A stretch of 64,000 nucleotides of DNA, from assembly GCF_009914755.1 (NCBI RefSeq), contig NC_060938.1. One strand, 5' to 3'. How positions within the stretch are numbered: position 1 is the stretch's first letter; each line of letters opens with the position of its first letter. This document shows, piece after piece, positions 55,176-64,000 of the stretch. The notes under the pieces are model-generated. The model was not told where the DNA came from. It saw only the letters and a list, made by a program, of their open reading frames with translations, and searched no databases. Both the position numbers and the translations under genes were made by a program. This DNA comes from the human T2T-CHM13v2.0 reference genome, Homo sapiens.

Positions 55176-58100
55176 CATTCTTAGAAACTCCTATGTGATG
55201 TGTGCATTCATCTCACAGACTTCAAACTTTCTATTGATTGAGCAGTTTTGAAACACTCTTTTTGTAGAATCTGCCAGTGGATATTTGGAGCGCTCTGTGG
55301 CCCATAGTGGAAAAGGAAATATCTTCATAAAAAAAATAAACAGAAGCACTTTGAGAAACTTCTCTGTGCTGTATGCAGTCATATCTCAGACATGAAACTT
55401 TCCTTGGTACAGCAGTTTTAAAACACTCTTTTTGGAGATTCTGAAAGTAGATATTTGGAGAGACTTGAGGACTACAGTGGAAAAGGAAATATCTTCACAA
55501 AAAACTAGACAGAAACATTCTGAGAAGCTTCTTTGTGATGTGTGCATCCATCTCAAAGAGTTGAACCTTTCTTTTGATTGAGCATTTTTGAAGCACTCTT
55601 TTTGTAGAATCTTCAAGTGGATATTTGGAGTGTTTGTGGCCTGTGGTGGAAAAGGAAATATATTCACATAAAAACTAGATAGAAGCATTCTGAGAAACTT
55701 CTTTGTGATGTGCTCATTCAACTCACAGAGTTGAGCTTTTCTTTTGATTGAGCAGTTTGGAAACAGTCTTTCTGTAGAATCTGCAAGTGGATATTTGGAG
55801 CGCATTACGGCCTATAGTGGAAAAGGAAATATATTCACATAAAAACTAGACAGAAGCATTCTGAGAAACTTCTTTGTGATGTGCTCATTCAACTCACAGA
55901 GTTGAACTTTTCTTTTGTTTGAGCAGTTTGCAAACAGTCTTTCTGTAGAATCTGCAAGTGGATATTAGGAGTGCATTACGGCCTATAGTGGAAAATGAAA
56001 TATCTTCACATAAAAACTAGACAGAAACATTATGAGAAACTGCTTTGTGATGCGTGCATTCATCACCAGAGTTGAGTTTCTCTTTTGATTGAACAGTTTT
56101 GAAACACTCTTTCTGTAGAATCTGAAAGGGATATTTGGAGCACTTTGCAGCCTATGGTGAAAAAGGAAATATCTTCACATAAAAGCTAGACAGAAGCATT
56201 CTAAGAAAGTGCTTTGTGACGTGTGCATTCATCTCACAGTGTTGAAACTTTCTTTTGATTGAGCAGTTTTCAAACACTCTTATTGTAGAATCTGCAAGTG
56301 GATATTTGGAGAGTTTGAGGCCACTGGTGGAAAAGCAAATATCTTCACATCAAAACTAGACAGAATCATTATAAGTAATCTCTTTGAGATACGTGCATTC
56401 AACTCACAGAGTTGGACATTTCCTTTGATTGAGCAGTTTGGAAACAGTCTTTTTGCAGTATCTGCAAACGGATATTTGGAGCACTTTCAGGCCTATAGTA
56501 GGAAAGGAAATATCTTCACATAAAAACTAGACAGCAAATTACTGAGAAACTTCTTAATGATGTGTGCATTCATCTCACAGAGTTGAAACTTCTTTTGATT
56601 GAGCATTTTGGAAACACTCTTTTAGTAGAAACTGCAAGGGGATATTTGGAGCGTTTTGTGGTCTATGGTAGAAAAGGCTATATCTTCACATAAAAATAGA
56701 AGCATTCTGAGGAACTTCCTGATGTGTGCATTCATCTCAAAGAGTTGAACTTTTCTTTTGATTGAGCAGCTTTGAAAAACTCTTTCTGCAGAATCTGCAA
56801 GTTGATATTTGGAGGGCTTTGTGGCCTATAGTAGAAAAGGAAATATCTTTACATAAAACTAGACAGAAGCATTCTGAGAAACTTCTTTGTGATGTGTGCA
56901 TTCATCTCACAGAGTTGAATCTTTCTTTTGTTTGAGCAGTTTTGAAACTCTCTTTTTGTAGAATCTTCAAGTGGATATTTTCAGCGCTTTGAGGCCTATG
57001 GTGGAAAAGAAAATATCTTCACATAAAAACTAGTCAGAAGCATTCTGAGAAACTTCTTTGTGACGTGTGCATTCAACTCATGGAGTTCAACCTTTCTTTT
57101 GATTCAGCAGTTTGGAAACAGTCTTTTTACAGTATCTGCAAATGGCTACTTGGAGAGCTTTGACGCCTATGGTGGAAAAGGAAATCTCTTCCCATAAAAA
57201 CTAGACAGCAGCATTCTGAGAAACTTATTTGTGATCTGTGCATTCATCTCACAGAGTTGAACCTTTCTTTTGATTCAGCAGTTTTGAAACTGTCGTTTTG
57301 TAGAATCTGCAAATTGATATTTGGAGTGCTTTTGGCCTACGTTGAAAAACGAAATATCTTCCCATAAAAAGTAGGCAGAAGTTTTGGAGAAATTTATTTT
57401 GATGTGTGCATTCATCTCACACAGTTGAAATTTTCTTTTGATTGAGCAGTGTGGATACACTCGTTTTGTAGAGTCTGCAAGTGGATATTTGGAGCACTTT
57501 GTGGCCTATAGTGAAAAAGGAAATATCTTCACATAAAAACTAGATAGAAGAATTCTGAGAAACTTCCTTTGAATGGGCGCATTCATCTCACACTGTTGAA
57601 CTTTTTTTTTGATTGAGCACCTTCTAAACAGTCATTTTGTAGAATATGCAAAGGAATATTTGTGAGCCCATTGATGCCTCTGGGGAAACAGGAAATATCT
57701 TCACATAAAAACGAGACAGAATCTTTCTCAGAAACGTCTTGGTGATGTGTGCATTCATCTCACTGAGTTGAACTTTACTTTGATTGAGCAGTTTGGAAAC
57801 AGTCTTTTCTAGTATCTGCAAATGGATATTTTAAGCACTCTGAGGCCTACGGTGAAAAAGGAAATATCTTCAATATAAATCAGACAGAAGCATTCATAGA
57901 AACTTCTTTGTGATGTGTGCATTCATCTCACCGACTAGAACCTTTCTTTTGATTGAGCAGTTTTGAAACACTCTTTTAGCGGAATCTGCAAGTGTTTATT
58001 TGGAGCGCATGAGGAATATGGTGGAAAAGGAATCTTCTTCACATGAAAACGGACGGAAGCATTCTGAGAAACTTCTCTGTGATGGATGCATTCATTTCAC

Positions 58101-58915
58101 AGAGTTAAACCTTTCCTGTGATTGAGCGGTTTGGAAACAGTAGTTTTTTACAATCTGCAGAAGGATACTTGTGAGCCGATTGAGGTCTATGGGGTGATAA
58201 GAAATATGTTCACATAAAAACTAGATAGAAAGTTTCTGAGAAACTTCTTTGTGATATTTGCTTTTATCTCATAGAGTTGAAATTTTCTTTTTATTGAGCA
58301 GTTTGGGAACAGTCTTTTTGTAGTATCTGCAAATGGATATTACCAGTGCTTTGAGGCCTATGGTGAAAAAGGAAATATCTTCACATAAAAACAAGGCAGA
58401 AGCATTCTGAGAAGCTTCTTTTTGATGTCTGCATTCATCTCACAGTGTTGAAACTTTCTTTTGATTGAGCAGTTTTGAAACGCTCTATTGGTAGTATCTG
58501 CAAGTGGATATTTGGAACGCTTTGAGGCCTATAGTGGAAAAGGAAATATCTTCACATAAAAAACTAGAAAGAAGAATTCTGAGAAACTTCCTAGGAAGGT
58601 GTATTTTCGTCTCACACTGTTAAACCCGTCTTTTGATTGAGCAGCTTGGATACAGTCATTTAGTAGAATATGAAAGGGAATATTTGAGAGCCCATTGAGG
58701 CCTCTGGGGAAATAAGAAATATCTTCACCTAAAAACTAGACAAAAACTTTCTGAGAAACACCCTTGTGATGTGTGCATTCATCATACACAGTGGAACTTT
58801 CTTTTGATTGAGCAGTTTGGATACAGTCATTTGTATTATCTGTAAATGGATATTTGGAGTGTACTGAGGCCTATGGTGAAAAAGGAAATATCCTCACATA
58901 AAATTCAGATGGAAG
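55176..58915 (+). repeat. 22-mer HOR variant B (m13/m14 hybrid, 3740 bp)
   Basis: ctgtcgttttgtagaatctgcaaa runs directly into ttgatatttggagtgcttttggcctacg at 57290-57340. The same junction occurs at ~61030-61080. Confidence 0.9.
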
Positions 58916-61900
58916 CATTCTTAGAAACTCCTATGTGATGTGTGCATTCATCTCACAGACTTCAAACTTTCTATTGATTGAGCAGTTTTGAAACACTCTT
59001 TTTGTAGAATCTGCCAGTGGATATTTGGAGCGCTCTGTGGCCCATAGTGGAAAAGGAAATATCTTCATAAAAAAAATAAACAGAAGCACTTTGAGAAACT
59101 TCTCTGTGTTGTATGCAGTCATATCTCAGACATGAAAATTTCTTTGGTACAGCAGTTTTAAAACACTCTTTTTGGAGATTCTGAAAGTAGATATTTGGAG
59201 AGACTTGAGGACTACGGTGGAAAAGGAAATATCTTCACAAAAAAACTAGACAGAAACATTCTGAGAAGCTTCTTTGTGATGTGTGCATCCATCTCAAAGA
59301 GTTGAACCTTTCTTTTGATTGAGCATTTTTGAAGCACTCTTTTTGTAGAAACTTCAAGTGGATATTTGGAGTGTTTGTGGCCTGTGGTGGAAAAGGAAAT
59401 ATATTCACATAAAATCTAGATAGAATCATTCTGAGAAACTTCTTTGTGATGTGCTCATTCCACTCACAGAGTTGAGCTTTTCTTTTGATTGAGCAGTTTG
59501 GAAACAGTCTTTTTGTAGAATCTGCAGGTGGATATTTGGAGCACATTACGGCCTATAGTGGAAAAGGAAATATATTCACATAAAAACTAGACAGAAGCAT
59601 GCTGAGAAACTTCTTTGTGATGTGCTCATTCAACTCACAGAGTTGAACTTTTCTTTTGTTTGAGCAGTTTGCAAACAGTCTTTCTGTAGAATCTGCAAGT
59701 GGATATTAGGAGTGCATTACGGCCTATAGTGGAAAATGAAATATCTTCACATAAAAACTAGACAGAAACATGATGAGAAACTGCTTTGTGATGCGTGCAT
59801 TCATCACCAGAGTTGAGTTTCTCTTTTGATTGAACAGTTTTGAAACACTCTTTCTGTAGAATCTGAAAGGGATATTTGGAGCGCTTTGCAGCCTATGGTG
59901 AAAAAGGAAATATCTTCACATAAAAGCTAGACAGAAGCATTCTAAGAAAGTGCTTTGTGACGCGTGCATTCATCTGACAGTGTTGAACCTTTCTTTTGAT
60001 TGAGCAGTTTTGAAACACTCTTATTGTAGATTCTGCAAGTGGATATTTGGAGAGTTTGAGGCCACTGGTGGAAAAGCAAATATCTTCACATCAAAACTAG
60101 ACAGAATCATTATAAGTAATCTCTTTGAGATGCGTGCATTCAACTCACAGAGTTGGACATTTCCTTTGATTGAGCAGTTTGGAAACAGTCTTTTTGCAGT
60201 ATCTGCAAACGGATATTTGGAGCACTTTCAGGCCTGTAGTAGGAAAGGAAATATCTTCACATAAAAACCATACAGAAAATTACTGAGAAACTTCTTAATG
60301 ATATGTGCATTCATCTCACAGAGTTGAAACTTCTTTGATTGAGCATTTTGGAAACACTCTTTTAGTAGAAACTGCAAGGGGATATTTGGAGCGTTTTGTG
60401 GTCTATGGTAGAAAAGGCTATATCTTCACATAAAAATAGAAGCATTCTGAGGAACTTCCTGATGTGTACATTCATCTCAAAGAGTTGAACTTTTCTTTTG
60501 ATTGAGCAGCTTTGAAAAACTCTTTCTGCAGAATCTGCAAGTTGATATTTGGAGTGCTTTGTGGCCTATAGTAGAAAAGGAAATATCTTTACATAAAACT
60601 AGACAGAAGCATTCTGAGAAACTTCTTTGTGATGTGTGCATTCATCTCACAGAGTTGAATCTTTCTTTTGTTTGAGCAGTTTTGAAACTCTCTTTTTGTA
60701 GAATCTTCAAGTGGATATTTTCAGCGCTTTGAGGCCTATGGTGGAAAAGAAAATATCTTCACATAAAAACTAGTCAGAAGCATTCTGAGAAACTTCTTTG
60801 TGACGTGTGCATTCAACTCATGGAGTTCAACCTTTCTTTTGATTCAGCAGTTTGGAAACAGTCTTTTTACAGTATCTGCAAATGGCTATTTGGAGAGCTT
60901 TGACGCCTATGGTGGAAAAGGAAATCTCTTCTCATAAAAACTAGACAGCAGCATTCTGAGAAACTTATTTGTGATCTGTGCATTCATCTCACAGAGTTGA
61001 ACCTTTCTTTTGATTCAGCAGTTTTGAAACTGTCGTTTTGTAGAATCTGCAGATTGATATTTGGAGTGCTTTTGGCCTACGTTGAAAAACGAAATATCTT
61101 CCCATAAAAAGTAGGCAGAAGTTTTGGAGAAATTTATTTTGATGTGTGCATTCATCTCACACAGTTGAAATTTTCTTTTGATTGAGCAGTGTGGATACAC
61201 TCGTTTTGTAGAGTCTGCAAGTGGATATTTGGAGCACTTTGTGGCCTATAGTGAAAAAGGAAATATCTTCACATAAAAACTAGATAGAAGAATTCTGAGA
61301 AACTTCCTTTGAATGGGCGCATTCATCTCACACTGTTGAACTTTTTTTTTGATTGAGCACCTTCTAAACAGTCATTTTGTAGAATATGCAAAGGAATATT
61401 TGTGAGCCCATTGATGCCTCTGGGGAAACAGGAAATATCTTCACATAAAAACGAGACAGAATCTTTCTCAGAAACGTCTTGGTGATGTGTGCATTCATCT
61501 CACTGAGTTGAACTTTACTTTGATTGAGCAGTTTGGAAACAGTCTTTTCTAGTATCTGCAAATGGATATTTTAAGCACTCTGAGGCCTACGGTGAAAAAG
61601 GAAATATCTTCAATATAAATCAGACAGAAGCATTCATAGAAACTTCTTTGTGATGTGTGCATTCATCTCACAGAGTTGAATCTTTCTTTTGTTTGAGCAG
61701 TTTTGAAACTCTCTTTTTGTAGAATCTTCAAGTGGATATTTTCAGTGCTTTGAGGCCTATGGTGGAAAAGAAAATATCTTCACATAAAAACTAGTCAGAA
61801 GCATTCTGAGAAACTTCTTTGTGACGTGTGCATTCAACTCATGGAGTTCAACCTTTCTTTTGATTCAGCAGTTTGGAAACAGTCTTTTTACAGTATCTGC

Positions 61901-63847
61901 AAATGGCTATTTGGAGAGCTTTGAGGCCTATGGTGGAAAAGGAAATCTCTTCCCATAAAAACTAGACAGCAGCATTCTGAGAAACTTATTTGTGATCTGT
62001 GCATTCATCTCACAGAGTTGAACCTTTCTTTTGATTCAGCAGTTTTGAAACTGTCGTTTTGTAGAATCTGCAAAGGAATATTTGTGAGCCCATTGAGGCT
62101 TCTGGGGTGATAGGAAATATCTTCACATAAAAACTAGACAGATACTTTCTGAGAAACTATTTTGTCGTGTGTGACTTCTACTCACCGGGTTGAAACTTTC
62201 TCTTGATTGAGCAGTTTGGAAACAGTCTTTTTGTAGAATCTGCAAATTGATATTTGGAGTGCTTTTGGCCTACGTTGAAAAACGAAATATCTTCCCATAA
62301 AAAGTAGGCAGAAGTTTTGGAGAAATTTATTTTGATGTGTGCATTCATCTCACACAGTTTAAATTTTCTTTTGATTGGGCAGTGTGGATACACTCGTTGT
62401 GTAGAGTCTGCAAGTGGATATTTGGAGCACTTTGTGGCCTATAGTGAAAAAGGAAATATCTTCACATAAAAACTAGATAGAAGAATTCTGAGAAACTTCC
62501 TTTGAATGGGCGCATTCATCTCACACTGTTGAACTTTTTTTTTGATTGAGGACCTTCTAAACAGTCATTTTGTAGAATATGCAAAGGAATATTTGTGAGC
62601 CCATTGATGCCTCTGGGGAAACAGGAAATATCTTCACATAAAAACGAGACAGAATCTTTCTCAGAAACGTCTTGGTGATGTGTGCATTCATCTCACTGAG
62701 TTGAACTTTACTTTGATTGAGCAGTTTGGAAACAGTCTTTTCTAGTATCTGCAAATGGATATTTTAAGCACTCTGAGGCCTACGGTGAAAAAGGAAATAT
62801 CTTCAATATAAATCAGACAGAAGCATTCATAGAAACTTCTTTGTGATGTGTGCATTCATCTCACTGACTAGAACCTTTCTTTTGATTGAGCAGTTTTGAA
62901 ACACTCTTTTACCGGAATCTGCAAGTGTTTATTTGGAGCGCATGAGGAATATGGTGGAAAAGGAATCTTCTTCACATAAAAACGAGACGGAAGCATTCTC
63001 AGAAACTTCTCTGTGATGGATGCATTCATTTCACAGAGTTAAACCTTTCCTGTGATTGAGCGGTTGAGAAAGAGTAGTTTTTTACAATCTGCAGAAGGAT
63101 ACTTGTGAGCCGATTGAGGTCTATGGGGTGATAAGAAATATGTTCACATAAAAACTAGATAGAAAGTTTCTGAGAAACTTCTTTGTGATCTTTGCTTTTA
63201 TCTCCTAGAGTTGAAACTTTCTTTTTATTGAGCAGTTTGGGAACAGTCTTTTTGTAGTATCTGCAAATGGATATTACCAGTGCTTTGAGGCCTATGGTGA
63301 AAAAGGAAATATCTTCACATAAAAACAAGGCAGAAGCATTCTGAGAAACTTTTTTTGATGTCTGCATTCATCTCACAGAGTTGAACGTTTCTTTGATTGA
63401 GCAGTTTTGAAACGATCTATTTGTAGTATCTGCAAGTGGATATTTGGAACGCTTTGAGGCCTATAGTGGAAAAGGAAATATCTTCACATAGAAAACTAGA
63501 AAGAAGAATTCTGAGAAACTTCCTAGGAAGGTGTATTTTCGTCTCACACTGTGAAACCCGTCTTTTGATTGAGCAGCTTCGATACAGTCATTTAGGAGAA
63601 TATGAAAGGGAATATTTGAGAGCCCATTGAGGCCTCTGGGGAAATAAGAAATATCTTCACCTAAAAGCTAGACAAAAACTTTCTGAGAAACACCCTTGTG
63701 ATGTGTGCATTCATCATACAAAGTTGAACTTTCTTTTGATTGAGCAGTTTGGATACAGTCATTTGTATTATTTGTAAATGGATATTTGGAGTGTACTGAG
63801 GCCTATGGTGAAAAAGGAAATATCCTCACATAAAATTCAGATGGAAG
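58916..63847 (+). repeat. Composite unit (4932 bp): variant B truncated at m18, then restarting at m11 (extra 7 monomers, 1193 bp)
   Basis: The hybrid monomer at 61631 begins as m18 (cattcatagaaac) and continues as m11 (cagagttgaatctttcttttgtttg). The marker ORF spacing 61364 to 62557 is 1193. Confidence 0.88.
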
Positions 63848-64000
63848 CATTCTTAGAAACACCTTTGTGATGTGTGCATTCATCTCATAGACTTCAAACT
63901 TTCTATTAATTGAGCAGTTTTGAAACACTCTTTTTGTAGAATCTGCAAGTGGATATTTGGAGCGCTCTGTGGCCCATAGTGGAAAAGGAAATATCTTCAT

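Larger units (their letters stand above)
24917..64000 (+). repeat. Alpha satellite higher-order repeat array, 23-mer (~3912 bp) with structural variants
   Basis: The marker aaattcagatggaag|catt recurs with monomer starts at 28097, 32011, 35764, 39678, 43431, 47352, 51264, 55176, 58916 and 63848 (spacings 3914, 3753, 3914, 3753, 3921, 3912, 3912, 3740, 4932). I counted 23 distinct monomers in 28097-32010 and number them m1-m23 from 28097. The ORF track repeats with matching spacings. Confidence 0.97.

Noticed and set aside
4257-64000. Many 60-139 aa ORFs over the satellite, some repeated almost identically (e.g. MQILEKTV..., MRSKYP...)
   Set aside because: They are translations of alpha satellite that recur because the DNA repeats. 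They have no recognisable domains, and the frames open and close with random indels.
4120-64000. Regularly spaced conserved motifs with variable intervening sequence, superficially CRISPR-like
   Set aside because: The intervening sequence is homologous between units (171-bp satellite), there are no unique spacers or cas genes, and the context is eukaryotic.
4120-64000. Possible strand inversion or non-alpha insertion within the satellite
   Set aside because: None seen. All monomers read in the same orientation, and I noticed no Alu, L1 or other satellite within the array.

Overview
This is primate, very likely human, pericentromeric DNA with no intact genes. Bases 1-~4119 are the 3' two-thirds of a dead LINE-1 on the + strand, probably L1PA3. 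It comprises the ORF1 stop, the 63-bp spacer, a disrupted ORF2, the 3' UTR and an A-rich tail. From ~4120 to ~24916 lies about 20.8 kb of diverged monomeric alpha satellite (~171-bp units, one orientation), with local duplications and a change in monomer signature near 19-22 kb. At ~24.9 kb there is a sharp switch, inside a single monomer, into a homogeneous higher-order repeat (HOR) array with a 23-monomer, ~3912-bp unit that runs to the window end. The array contains 19-mer, two different 22-mer and 7-mer structural variants, a near-perfect 7667-bp (45-monomer) tandem duplication and a triplicated 3912-bp block. The unit itself has nested 3-mer/6-mer internal periodicity. I found no CENP-B boxes by eye, which suggests an inactive SF4/SF6-type array; it may be the acrocentric pTRA-2-like 3.9-kb family (inference). 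The ORFs over the satellite are spurious. I do not see a novel protein-coding system. The interest lies in the readable record of HOR birth, amplification and recombination. All comparisons were done by eye and need alignment to confirm.
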